A DNA stretch of 22,352 bases from Bdellovibrionota bacterium (GCA_044356295.1 JBIKWN010000038.1:1-22352), one strand, 5' to 3'; shown: positions 8,157 to 18,126, counted from the stretch's first letter. The notes: generated by a model from the letters alone, not told the origin. Program-made: numbers and translations.

Positions 8157-10199
8157 ATGAATTCTACTATTACCTCTTCTTCTGATGAGAATGCATCGTC
8201 ACTGATTGAAAGTATCCTTTACTCTGCGGGTACTGATGTCGGAATGCGTCGTGAAGAGAACCAAGATTCGTACGGCATTATGCTCGGTGATGGATATCGT
8301 TTGTTTATCGTTGCTGACGGTATGGGTGGAGTAAAAGGCGGAAGCATCGCTTCGAATTTAACCATTGCGGTTATAGAGAAAACACTGCGGGATCGTGCTC
8401 ATATTCAGATTGAAGATGTTGTTGATGCAATAGATAAAGCGAATGCTGAAGTTTACAAAAAAGGTAGTAATGATGAAGCATTGCAAGGAATGGGTACAAC
8501 CATTGCTGCTTTGTTTGTTACGCCAACTGCTGCATATACAATTCATGTTGGTGATTCAAGAATCTATCAAGTTGCTCAAAGTAGCATACGACAACTCACA
8601 GAAGATCATACACTTGTACAAGAATTAGTTAGGTCAGGGGCTATTACAGAAGATCAAGCGGAACATCATCCCGTTGCTCATATGCTGACAAGATCAATTG
8701 GACCATCTGAAAAAATTGAGATTGAAGTCCATGTTATTCAACCAGTACCGAAAGCTGGTGATAAATTTCTTATTTGTAGTGATGGGCTTTTTAATCTTGT
8801 CAAACTTGCAGAGATTGCTGAGATAGTTTCTGAAGTTTCTACTGATGAAGCTGTTCAGTATCTCATAGATCTAGCTAATGAACGAGGCGGAACCGATAAC
8901 ATTACAATTCTTATTGTTGATTCCAATAAATATGCACCGCTCAAAAATTCTTCACCTAAAAAAAATATTGATCCAATAGAGGCTCCAGTAAGACTTTTAG
9001 AAGCTATAGAAGTTGTATCAGAGCCATCATCAGGAATGAAAGGGGGATACCATTCTACCAATGAAGTGGTTGAACCTAGAAAGGAAAGCATCAAGGAAGT
9101 CATCACTGATAAGCTTGAAACTGACCAACCAAAAGGACAAGAAATAGTACATCTTGTAGAAGCAGCAAAGGAAGAAAATGAACTGAATCCGTTTATTCCT
9201 GAAACAGTTGTGTCTGAAATATCGGAAGAGAATCTGGATGCAGAAGTCGCACAAGAGTCGCTCGAAGATGTGGACCTGCTCAACATTCAGCCCGCTATTT
9301 CAAGAAGATACATACTTGTTGGGAGTGGCTTTATAGGAGGTCTCCTTGCTTCATATCTTTTATTTGCGACCCTCTCTCGAAATCATTCAACACGTCAAGA
9401 TGAAGAACCCTCGATTGAGGTTGCTAACGTTCTAGAAACAACTGAACCATCAAAAGTTCTTGAGCAAGTCACATTAGCACCATCATCACCATTAACTGAA
9501 ACTGTAAAAATTGGTCCTGCTGAGAAAGCTTCTGTTATTAAGCGTCGTCGTGACCTTGAAATAAGTTTGCGTGATATTAATGTTCGACTAGAGCTTTTGG
9601 ACGCAGAGAAATCTAGCGACGTTCAAGACTTGCAGCGAAATTCAGCTCGTAAAGCAGAAGAATTATCTGGTAAAATTGAACAATTAAAAACAGATATTGA
9701 AGTTTCTATTCGCCAACTAGCCACATGGTACGATCGAAAACGTCGTCTTGAAACAAGTGATAAAGTTAACATGGCTTCAGAGCTTGCGTCGACGATTCCT
9801 TCTATCAAGACAAAAAAGGAAGAGTTCGAAAAAATTACCTGGGATTATTTGAAAGAAGTAGAAGCGCTACGTTATAATCAGGCAGATCCACTGAGAGACC
9901 AAGTACTTGCCGATCTTGCTAAAAAGCGAGCTGATAAAATGCACGAACTTTCAGATGAAGTTCGTCGTGCAATTGAAAAGGCATTAGAAAGTGCTGATGA
10001 TACCGTTGCTGAGCTCACATTACAGCGAAGTGCCTTGGAAAAAGAGCTTGATAATGTTAGACAAGAGCTTGATTTTGCCAGAACGATTATGACTAATGAT
10101 TCAATAAAAATCGATTCTACTAAGCAAACTTTGATTACTCGAAAAAATGCAGCAACAACTGAGTTAAACGAGTTACAACGACTTCTCACCGATAATTAG
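8157..10199 (+). CDS. PP2C (Stp1/PrpC-type) Ser/Thr phosphatase with TM segment and C-terminal coiled coil
   Basis: TDVGMRREENQD, VADGMGG, GMGTT, HVGDSR, DHT, LTRSIG, CSDGL and GGTDNIT motifs, then an acidic linker, hydrophobic YILVGSGFIGGLLASYLLFATL and a long heptad-rich tail. Confidence 0.9.
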   Translation: MNSTITSSSDENASSLIESILYSAGTDVGMRREENQDSYGIMLGDGYRLFIVADGMGGVKGGSIASNLTIAVIEKTLRDRAHIQIEDVVDAIDKANAEVYKKGSNDEALQGMGTTIAALFVTPTAAYTIHVGDSRIYQVAQSSIRQLTEDHTLVQELVRSGAITEDQAEHHPVAHMLTRSIGPSEKIEIEVHVIQPVPKAGDKFLICSDGLFNLVKLAEIAEIVSEVSTDEAVQYLIDLANERGGTDNITILIVDSNKYAPLKNSSPKKNIDPIEAPVRLLEAIEVVSEPSSGMKGGYHSTNEVVEPRKESIKEVITDKLETDQPKGQEIVHLVEAAKEENELNPFIPETVVSEISEENLDAEVAQESLEDVDLLNIQPAISRRYILVGSGFIGGLLASYLLFATLSRNHSTRQDEEPSIEVANVLETTEPSKVLEQVTLAPSSPLTETVKIGPAEKASVIKRRRDLEISLRDINVRLELLDAEKSSDVQDLQRNSARKAEELSGKIEQLKTDIEVSIRQLATWYDRKRRLETSDKVNMASELASTIPSIKTKKEEFEKITWDYLKEVEALRYNQADPLRDQVLADLAKKRADKMHELSDEVRRAIEKALESADDTVAELTLQRSALEKELDNVRQELDFARTIMTNDSIKIDSTKQTLITRKNAATTELNELQRLLTDN

Positions 10200-10334
10200 T
10201 GTCCTTGTAGCCTTGCTCTATAAAGTCAAATTACAATGCTTTTTATTGCAATAAGCCGCTATGTATAGTGAAAAAGTCTAAAGCTTCCACCCCATTTTTT
10301 ACATCTGAGCCGAGCTGCAATATTATATCTTTCT

Positions 10335-11933
10335 ATGAAAAGAGCAGCCCTCATCAGTGTATCTGACAAAACCGGTCTTATTGAATTTGCTCAAGGTTTG
10401 CTTGACCTTGGCTTTATTCTTTTAACAACAACAGGCAGTAAAAAAGCACTCGACGAATCAGGAATTGAATCGATTTCGATTGAAGATTATACAAATCAAA
10501 AAGAGATACTCGGAGGACGAGTTAAAACACTTCACCCTAAAATTCATGGTGGACTTTTGGCCAAACGTTCTGATCCTGAGCACATGAAGACTCTTCTCGA
10601 TCAAGATATCTTACCTATCGATGTTGCAATCATTAACCTCTATCCGTTTACTCAAAATCTCTCTGCTGATGTTGCAAAGAATCCTGCAAAGATGATTGAG
10701 TTAATTGATGTTGGTGGTCCAACCATGATTCGAGCAGCCGCAAAGAATTTCTCAGGGGTATTACCAGTGCTTGATCCCGCTGATTATCAAACGGTTCTTC
10801 AAGAGCTTCGAGAGAAAAAAGTTGTTGCCGAAACCACGCTTGCCCTCAGAAAAAAACTAGCGCTGAAAGTTTTTACATTTACAGCTAACTATGACCTGCA
10901 GATAGCAAAGTATTTATCCCATCTTGATGTAACTTCTACACAGGACTTATCACAAGGAGTAGTTAACTTTGAAACAGACTTTGAACTTGGAGAAGTCACG
11001 GGAGTGGTTCTTACTTCAGAGCAATCACTTCGTTACGGTGAAAATCCTCATCAAACTGCTGCACTCTATGCGTCTGCTGATAATCGATTTAAAAAGAACT
11101 TTGAACAGTTAAATGGGAAAGAGCTTTCTTTTAATAATTTACTCGATTTTGATGCCTCGCTTCAAATGATTCAAAGTATGCCTAATGATAAAAATGGAGT
11201 CGTTATTATTAAGCACTTAAATCCTTGTGGTGCTGCATTTGGAAATACAATTGCTGAAGCGATCGCAAAAGCCAAAAAGTGTGATCCAAGAAGCCATTTT
11301 GGGGGCATTATTGCTTCTAATAAAATAATTACTGAAGCTGCCGCTCATGATATCGCTGGTGAATTTGCCGAAGTTGTAGTTGCACCAGAGTATGAACCAC
11401 GTGCGTTAGAGATTTTATGCAAAAGTAAAAATCTTCGTGTGCTACAGGTGCCTTTAAAAAGATCAGCTTCCTTTGAATTTCGCACTATTCAGTCAGGGGT
11501 TTTGGTACAAGCATCAGATATAACAAATTCAAAAGTTAGTGAAGCAAAAGTTGTTAGTAAGCGGACACCCACCCCAGATGAGCTGCTTGACCTGTCGTTT
11601 GCCTGGACGATGTGTGGTCATATAAAAAGTAATGCAATCGCTTTAGCAAAAGATTCGATGCTTCTTGGTGTAGGAGCAGGACAGATGAGTCGAATTGATT
11701 CAGCTGAACTGGCAGTGAATAAGGCACACACTCATTCGCATGATTTAAGCGGTGCTGTTGCAGCATCTGATGCCTTCTTTCCTTTTCCTGATACAGTAGA
11801 GTTTCTGGCAAAAAATGGGATTAAAGCAATTATTGCACCAGGAGGAGCAAAGCGTGATCCTGAAGTCATAGCTACAGTTGATGATTTAGGAGTTGCCCTT
11901 CTCTTTACAAGCGATAGGCATTTTAGACATTAA
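10335..11933 (+). CDS. purH: Bifunctional AICAR transformylase/IMP cyclohydrolase
   Basis: ALISVSDKTG, GGRVKTLHP, IDVGGPTMIRAAAKN, LRYGENPHQ, KHLNPCG, GAGQMSR, SDAFFPF, RHFRH. Confidence 0.98.
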   Translation: MKRAALISVSDKTGLIEFAQGLLDLGFILLTTTGSKKALDESGIESISIEDYTNQKEILGGRVKTLHPKIHGGLLAKRSDPEHMKTLLDQDILPIDVAIINLYPFTQNLSADVAKNPAKMIELIDVGGPTMIRAAAKNFSGVLPVLDPADYQTVLQELREKKVVAETTLALRKKLALKVFTFTANYDLQIAKYLSHLDVTSTQDLSQGVVNFETDFELGEVTGVVLTSEQSLRYGENPHQTAALYASADNRFKKNFEQLNGKELSFNNLLDFDASLQMIQSMPNDKNGVVIIKHLNPCGAAFGNTIAEAIAKAKKCDPRSHFGGIIASNKIITEAAAHDIAGEFAEVVVAPEYEPRALEILCKSKNLRVLQVPLKRSASFEFRTIQSGVLVQASDITNSKVSEAKVVSKRTPTPDELLDLSFAWTMCGHIKSNAIALAKDSMLLGVGAGQMSRIDSAELAVNKAHTHSHDLSGAVAASDAFFPFPDTVEFLAKNGIKAIIAPGGAKRDPEVIATVDDLGVALLFTSDRHFRH

Positions 11934-11960
11934 AATTTTAATATTTGCAGGAGCTATCCT

Positions 11961-13226
11961 ATGAAAGTACTCGTTATTGGATCTGGAGGAAGAGAACATG
12001 CAATTTGTTGGAGACTGAGGCAGTCAAAGATAGTAACTCACGTTTTTTGTGCTCCTGGAAATCCAGGGATTGAAATGTCAGCAAAACTTGTTGATATAAA
12101 AGTTGACGATATAAGTGCGCTTATATCGTTCGTAAAAGAGAATGGTATTGAACTTACTGTTGTTGGACCTGAGTATCCATTAAGTCTAGGGATTGTTGAT
12201 GCGTTTCGATTGGAAAATTTAAGAATTTTTGGTGCCTCAAAAGAAGCCAGTCAGCTTGAGTCCTCAAAAGCATTTGCTAAAAAGATAATGAATGATGCTG
12301 GTGTGCCAACTGGACACTTCAAAGTTGTTCAATCTAAGAAAGAAGCATCAGATTATATCGCACAATGCGGAGCACCGATCGTTCTAAAAGCAGATGGACT
12401 AGCAAGCGGAAAAGGAGTTTTTGTTTGTAAAACAATCGATGAAGCTCAGGAAGCAGTAGCAAGCTTATATAAGAATTCAGATAGTGGTTCTGTTGTTATT
12501 GAGGAATTTCTAGAAGGTATTGAAGTCTCGTACATTATAGCCACTGATGGGGAAAATATTATTCCCATGCAGGCTTCTCATGATTATAAACGAATCTTTG
12601 ATCATGATGCTGGTCCAAATACAGGAGGAATGGGTTCAGTTTGTCCTACTCCGCGATTTAATGATGAGCAAGAAGATTTTGTATTACATCATGTGATGGT
12701 ACCGGTACTTGCCCAGATGAAAAGACGTGGGACTCCTTTCTCTGGATTTCTTTATGCAGGCTTGATGATTGCTCCTAATGGAACGATGAAGGTCCTTGAA
12801 TTTAATACTCGACTTGGAGATCCTGAAACCCAAAGTATCATGAGACAGTTTGATTCAGATCTGCTGGAAACCTTATATGAGTTAAGCGATCCTTCTTCGA
12901 ATGTAGTGATTCAAAATATTCCAGCCCCAACATGGGCAGAAAAAGTTACAGTTTCAATTGTACTTGCTGCTGAAGGATATCCCGATGCTCCTAAAACTGG
13001 TGATGAAATTACTGGGATTCACTTAGCTGAAAGCCTTCCAGATGTTGTTGTATTTCATGCCGGAACAAAATTTGAGAATGGTAAGTTAGTTACTACGGGA
13101 GGACGCGTTCTGGTAGTGAGTGCCCAAGCGAACTCTCTTGAGTCTGCTCGTGCACAGGCATATAAAGCTTCAGATATGATTCAGTTTCGAGGACGACAAA
13201 TGCGAAGAGATATCGGTATTAACTAA
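11961..13226 (+). CDS. purD: Phosphoribosylamine-glycine ligase
   Basis: VLVIGSGGREHA, APGNPG, KADGLASGKGV, GPNTGGMG, EFNTRLGDPE, VFHAGT, GGRVL. AGGAG RBS upstream. Confidence 0.98.
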   Translation: MKVLVIGSGGREHAICWRLRQSKIVTHVFCAPGNPGIEMSAKLVDIKVDDISALISFVKENGIELTVVGPEYPLSLGIVDAFRLENLRIFGASKEASQLESSKAFAKKIMNDAGVPTGHFKVVQSKKEASDYIAQCGAPIVLKADGLASGKGVFVCKTIDEAQEAVASLYKNSDSGSVVIEEFLEGIEVSYIIATDGENIIPMQASHDYKRIFDHDAGPNTGGMGSVCPTPRFNDEQEDFVLHHVMVPVLAQMKRRGTPFSGFLYAGLMIAPNGTMKVLEFNTRLGDPETQSIMRQFDSDLLETLYELSDPSSNVVIQNIPAPTWAEKVTVSIVLAAEGYPDAPKTGDEITGIHLAESLPDVVVFHAGTKFENGKLVTTGGRVLVVSAQANSLESARAQAYKASDMIQFRGRQMRRDIGIN

Positions 13227-13259
13227 AAAATCGAGAAGTCTCAGCAATCACCAATAATT

Positions 13260-13289
13260 TCCTTCGTGTCCTTCGCGACCTTCGCGTTA
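13260..13289 (+). repeat. Intergenic REP-like 9-nt-period repeat (CTTCGCGNN x3); unoccupied copy of the IS110 target
   Basis: TC-CTTCGTGTC-CTTCGCGAC-CTTCGCGTT-A lies between convergent purD and the TonB receptor gene. It is 28/30 identical to the reconstructed empty IS site (21088-21109 joined to 22345-22352). Confidence 0.85.
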
Positions 13290-13300
13290 CAAAATTTCCC

Positions 13301-15298
13301 CTAGAAATGATAAGTCGCCTGAGCCCTCACCGTTCTTCCATAAAGCGGCAAATTAGACTGCACATGCTCCTCTGCTCCAGGTGATGCTAGCTCTCTATCA
13401 AATAGGTTATAAGCACCAAAACTTAGATCAAGATTTGGTAATACGTCATTACCAAGAACAGTAGCATTAATACTCGTCATTCCACCGATTGTTTCGTCTG
13501 AAATAGTTTTTCGCGAACCAGTAAACTGTACCTGAGGAGCGAGTGACCACTTCTCACCAATTAATGGAATTGATATCCCTGAAGTAACAGTAGATTGTGG
13601 AGCATTAGTAAGCTGTTGATTGGTATTACCATTTTCAGTTGAAATAAGTGATCCAGCAAAGAACATTTTGATTCCATCTTTGATACGAAGATCGTATTGA
13701 ACTTCAATCCCTTTGCTTTGTGCAGAATTAAGATTTTGAAATTGAGTCATTGAATCATCAAGCTGTGTTTGAGTGATAATTTCGTCTAGCTCCTGGGTGA
13801 ATAGGTTAAATGAAATTCTACTATATTTATTGATACGATGCTCAACTGCTAATTCATATGAATAGATTCGTTCTGGTTTTAAAGAAGTATTCTGTAATTG
13901 AAGTGCAGATCTGTAGTTTGATTCATAGAAGTTGGCAATACGAAATGCTCGACCGAGCATCCCTTTAAAGGTGGTATCATTGTCGAGGGTATAGAGTATC
14001 GCACCACGAGGGCTAAATTCTGGAGCTGATGTTGAATAATCATCACTTCTAATACCGCCAACTATTTTTAAATTACTTTTTAATTCGTACTCAAGTTGGC
14101 TATAGAATGAAAGAAGGGCTCTTGAAGAGTCGAGGTCTAAATATGATTGTGTTGTAGGTATAATATCTTTATTTGTCAGTGATAGCGTGGAGTGATCTTG
14201 ATATTCAACTCCATAAATTAATGAGGCATCTTTAGAAAGTTTATTAGAAAGACGCAGCTCAGTCCCATACAAAGTAGACCTGCTTTGATCGTCATTAATC
14301 AAATCATTGTCACCTGAAGAGAAATCAAAAACTCCTTTATAGCTCACACGATCAGCATAAGCTCTAATAAGCATAGAGAAGTCTTTTGAGATATCTTGAT
14401 TCGTATTTAATTCAACATGAGTACTGACATCTCTTGTTGTATTTAATGGGCTATTAAATCGAGTACCGTATGCTCCAGTAGGGACTGTTTTATCTCTTTC
14501 TTTAGTAAAAAATTCAAAATTTGTTCCATTTAATGAAGCTCGTAACGACGCCTTGCGAGCTAATTCATCATCTCTATTTTGAGCTACGCCCAAATTATTA
14601 TTAGACTGATTAAACTCAGGAAAAAAAGTATTTTCTTCACCATCATTAGTGAGTGTCGATACAGATGCAGCAATTTGAGCGCCGTTATCAAGTTTTTTAC
14701 CTAATTGCACCACGCCCTTTCTACGCCGGAATGTACCGTATTCGCCAGTTAGGACTGTACCATCAATAGCACCGCCTGTTTTAGTAATGACATTGATTAC
14801 CCCAAGCAGTGCGTTCGTTCCCCATAAAGAAGAGCCAGGACCTTTAATAATCTCAATCCTATCTATATCTTGAATATCTACCGGAAACTCTTCTGCAATT
14901 GGTGCGTAGTCATATACTGGATCGTTAATTCTGTGACCATCAACTAAAAGTAAAATACGCGTGTTGTAATCACCTGGTCTTGCAATACCTCGTACGCCTA
15001 AGTATTCGTAGTTTCTGTCATTTGATACATAGAATCCAGGTACTCTCGTAAGAGTTTCAGCAAGTGTTCTATAACCAAATAATCGAATATCTTCGGAAGT
15101 AATAACTGTAACAGCTGCAGGTGCGTCACTTATAATTTCTGCTTTTTTGGAAGCAGAGGTTACTTTTATGTCCATCAATTCTTCAAGCGAAAGATTCGCT
15201 AAGTCAGAAGTCTGGGCGAAAGCATTAATAGTGGATGTAGTTAAAGCAATCCAAGTTACTAGAAATACAAATTGAAAGAATGTTCTAAAAAGTAGCAT
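13301..15298 (-). CDS. TonB-dependent outer-membrane receptor
   Basis: Signal peptide, LSLEELMDIKVTSASKK, plug motifs (APAAVTVITSEDI, IDRIEIIKGPGSSLWG..A..GVINVITK), YNLFD and a terminal Phe. Confidence 0.93.
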   Translation of the reverse strand: MLLFRTFFQFVFLVTWIALTTSTINAFAQTSDLANLSLEELMDIKVTSASKKAEIISDAPAAVTVITSEDIRLFGYRTLAETLTRVPGFYVSNDRNYEYLGVRGIARPGDYNTRILLLVDGHRINDPVYDYAPIAEEFPVDIQDIDRIEIIKGPGSSLWGTNALLGVINVITKTGGAIDGTVLTGEYGTFRRRKGVVQLGKKLDNGAQIAASVSTLTNDGEENTFFPEFNQSNNNLGVAQNRDDELARKASLRASLNGTNFEFFTKERDKTVPTGAYGTRFNSPLNTTRDVSTHVELNTNQDISKDFSMLIRAYADRVSYKGVFDFSSGDNDLINDDQSRSTLYGTELRLSNKLSKDASLIYGVEYQDHSTLSLTNKDIIPTTQSYLDLDSSRALLSFYSQLEYELKSNLKIVGGIRSDDYSTSAPEFSPRGAILYTLDNDTTFKGMLGRAFRIANFYESNYRSALQLQNTSLKPERIYSYELAVEHRINKYSRISFNLFTQELDEIITQTQLDDSMTQFQNLNSAQSKGIEVQYDLRIKDGIKMFFAGSLISTENGNTNQQLTNAPQSTVTSGISIPLIGEKWSLAPQVQFTGSRKTISDETIGGMTSINATVLGNDVLPNLDLSFGAYNLFDRELASPGAEEHVQSNLPLYGRTVRAQATYHF

Positions 15299-15323
15299 GA
15301 GTGGCTACTCTAGTAACTCAAGA

Positions 15324-16352
15324 TCAATTCATCAATACGATTTTACCAAACTGCTTGCCTTCCTCTAGGTATTTAATCATTTCGATACCTTTTGATAGCT
15401 TTTCAATCCGATCAATTGGAATTTTAATATTCTGATTGTGGATAAAAGCCATCGAATCAATAAAGTCCTGTTTGCTTCCCATAGTAGAGCCAGTAAGGCT
15501 AACCTGTTTGGCGAAAAGTAATCTGTTATCAAAGGTCACTTCGAAGCCTGAAGTATTACCAACTGTAACAATTCGTCCGCCACGCCTAACGCTTTGAAGG
15601 CTTCTGGCTATTGTCTGAGCGCCAACATTATCTACTACAATATCAACGCCTCTTCCCTTGGTTATTTTCATAATTTCAGATGGCCATGCTGAGGTTTTTT
15701 TGTAATCGATAACGACTTGAGCCCCAAGTGATTCAGCAAGTTTTGCTTTCTTTTCGCCTCCAGCGAGTGCAAAAACCTGTGCGCCAAGAGCTTTTGCCAT
15801 GAGAATCGTCAAAGAATTAACTCCACCCCCTGAGCCAACTACAAGTACAGATTCTCCAGCCATTAACTTTGCTTGTTTAAGAAGCATTCTCCAAACTGTT
15901 GTGCCTACTAAGATAGGGGCAGCAGCTTGCTCGAACGTACATGCTTCAGGCATACGAAATACGTTTTTAATTGGAACCGTAATGTACTCTGCAAGACCTC
16001 CACGAAGCTGTTCTCCAATAATCCGATATCCAGGACTTACACTATCTTCTCCTCGTCTTGTCCATTCATCCTCCGAGGTATTAACTCCTGGATGAATAAT
16101 AACTCTTGCACCAGCTTTATATTCACTTGCGCCGTTTACTGAAACAATCTCACCGCTAATGTCACTTCCAGTGATATGTGGCATCTCAACATTTAATCCT
16201 TTCCATCCTTTGCGAACCCAAATATCTAAGTGATTCAGTGCTGCAGCTTTTATCTTAATGAGGGCTTCACCTGGCTGCGGTGACGGGTCTGGAAGATCGG
16301 CATACTTTAAAACATCAATATCGCCATGCTGTTCAAAAAAAATCGCTTTCAT
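15324..16352 (-). CDS. MDR-family NAD(P)H oxidoreductase (quinone oxidoreductase/alcohol dehydrogenase-like)
   Basis: AAALNHLDIW, PHITGSDISG, VLVVGSGGGV Rossmann motif, GVDIVVDNVG, GSTMG, FGKIVL. Confidence 0.9.
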   Translation of the reverse strand: MKAIFFEQHGDIDVLKYADLPDPSPQPGEALIKIKAAALNHLDIWVRKGWKGLNVEMPHITGSDISGEIVSVNGASEYKAGARVIIHPGVNTSEDEWTRRGEDSVSPGYRIIGEQLRGGLAEYITVPIKNVFRMPEACTFEQAAAPILVGTTVWRMLLKQAKLMAGESVLVVGSGGGVNSLTILMAKALGAQVFALAGGEKKAKLAESLGAQVVIDYKKTSAWPSEIMKITKGRGVDIVVDNVGAQTIARSLQSVRRGGRIVTVGNTSGFEVTFDNRLLFAKQVSLTGSTMGSKQDFIDSMAFIHNQNIKIPIDRIEKLSKGIEMIKYLEEGKQFGKIVLMN

Positions 16353-16358
16353 AAGATA

Positions 16359-17255
16359 CTATTTCCTTTTTCTGTACATTCGAGTCATCCATCCTCGTTC
16401 AATTTTTGATTCAATAGGTATCCATCTTGTAGAGAGAAAAGAGCTATCAATCAAACCAGATTTCTCTTGCATTATGCCAGAGATGATGAGTATTCCAACA
16501 GAAGAAAGATTTGCATAGAAATCTTTTTCAAATTGTTGCAGAAGTTCTGCATAGATATTAGCGATAATAATATCGCTCGAAAAACATGGCTGATCGCCAA
16601 CTTGAAAAGTAATATTTGCTATATTATTTAACCCAGCATTTTCCTTAGCATTTTCAATGGCGTCCTTATCATTGTCTACGGCGATTATCGAGCACTGTGG
16701 AAATATTTTTTTGCATGCAATTGCTAAAATCCCAGACCCTGTTCCAAAGTCAAGAATCATTGGATGTATTGCACTCTTTTGTAAATCAGAGATTACTTGC
16801 ATGACTTCATCAGACTGTAAAAATGAAATAACAGTTTTCGTAGTAGCATGATGTCCAGTGCCAAAACCCATTCCTGGAATAATAAAGAGAGTTTCTTTAT
16901 TTGATGCACCATCTGAGTATTGTGATAAAACGGCATCAGAACTTGTAACGGGAATAACTTTTAATCTCCCGATCTCAATAGGCTCTAAAAGATCCTTCGA
17001 AGCTTGAGTCCAATTCGTCTCTGGAATTTCTTCTAGTGTATAAGAGTCAAAAAAAGGATCAGTATTTTGACTCGCAAAAAAATGAGCATCTTTTGATGAG
17101 AAAGTATTTATACATACTTGAACAAGCCCGTTATTTTCTGCGTAAACTCCATCTGCACCTGCTTCCATTAAAGAAAATTCAATCTCAGATAGAGCTTCAT
17201 CATCAGAGAAAAGCTGCTTGTTTTTTAATGAATAAGATATCTTCCAATACGGCAT
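16359..17255 (-). CDS. prmA: Ribosomal protein L11 methyltransferase
   Basis: PGMGFGTGHHATT, ILDFGTGSGILAI, AVDND..AIENA.ENA..N, IIANI, LIISGI. Confidence 0.92.
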   Translation of the reverse strand: MPYWKISYSLKNKQLFSDDEALSEIEFSLMEAGADGVYAENNGLVQVCINTFSSKDAHFFASQNTDPFFDSYTLEEIPETNWTQASKDLLEPIEIGRLKVIPVTSSDAVLSQYSDGASNKETLFIIPGMGFGTGHHATTKTVISFLQSDEVMQVISDLQKSAIHPMILDFGTGSGILAIACKKIFPQCSIIAVDNDKDAIENAKENAGLNNIANITFQVGDQPCFSSDIIIANIYAELLQQFEKDFYANLSSVGILIISGIMQEKSGLIDSSFLSTRWIPIESKIERGWMTRMYRKRK

Positions 17256-17327
17256 GCAAGTAACTTTAAAGATCTTATGAGGGTTTGCAATAGAATTTAT
17301 AAGAGAAATCGAGGCGATCGTTTAAAT

Positions 17328-18062
17328 TTACGACTTCGTTTCTGGAGTTGTAGGAGTTATACCCATCTCGTTTAGTGTTTTCTTCTCCATACGTTTTGCT
17401 ACACGGGAAGAGACGCCTCCATACTTCTTTCTTTGAAAAACAAGTTTAGGAAGTGGAGCAGCTTCAAATACATCAACTGCTAGCTTGTAGTAGACTGTTT
17501 TAGATTCAGGCGAGAGCGTACCGAAAACTGCACACATCTCTTTTAATTTCTTCATGCTTGGACCGATTTCGTATTCGCAAGCTTTTAAATATGCCACCTG
17601 ATCAATTTGGTTAATTACATCAGCCAAAAGGAATTTAAGAGCAACTTCTTCACGTGCTTGGGATCGTTCTTTTTTTACTCGAGAAGCAAGATGAGTAATT
17701 TCAACGAGTTGATCAACTGAAAATGGCTCAAATAATAATCCATCGGCGCCACTTAGTACTGAAGCAGCAACCATTGTTGATTGTTGATCTTGAGATCTTT
17801 TTACAAGAATAAATGCGCAGTCTTGTGCTTGAGGAAGTCCTTTAGCTTGTGCAATGAATTCTGTAGTTTCTGTATCATCAAATCTAAATGAGATAAAAAC
17901 AACATCAATGGGCGAGACAGAAGTCTCGATTCTTTGCATCGCTTCTTTTAATTTTCCGTATTGAGCACCGCTTTTGAATGAACTTACAGATGACATTGCC
18001 TGCTTAAGGCGCATCCTAGCGTCAAGGTCGGAGTCAATAACAAGAGCGTCGTAGGTTTCCAC
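17328..18062 (-). CDS. Atypical (pseudo-)receiver domain protein with unknown helical C-terminus
   Basis: Receiver-like pattern LVIDSD...IDVVFIS...GADGLLFEPFS, but the phospho-Asp position is Ser and the conserved Lys position is Glu. GTG start. Confidence 0.6.
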   Translation of the reverse strand: METYDALVIDSDLDARMRLKQAMSSVSSFKSGAQYGKLKEAMQRIETSVSPIDVVFISFRFDDTETTEFIAQAKGLPQAQDCAFILVKRSQDQQSTMVAASVLSGADGLLFEPFSVDQLVEITHLASRVKKERSQAREEVALKFLLADVINQIDQVAYLKACEYEIGPSMKKLKEMCAVFGTLSPESKTVYYKLAVDVFEAAPLPKLVFQRKKYGGVSSRVAKRMEKKTLNEMGITPTTPETKS

Positions 18063-18126
18063 AGTATCTACTTTTTAAACGAATCTAAACTTACTAAAGA
18101 TACGTATCGTATCAATTGGGGAATTT

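Noticed and set aside
10243..10254. Palindrome TTATTGCAATAA upstream of purH
   Set aside because: It is short, AT-rich and single-copy, and does not match a PurR box I know. No ZMP/ZTP or purine riboswitch was recognisable either.
13260..13289. Repeat considered as a CRISPR repeat or terminator
   Set aside because: There is no spacer-separated array, no cas gene and no strong hairpin plus U-tract; it is a short tandem 9-mer.
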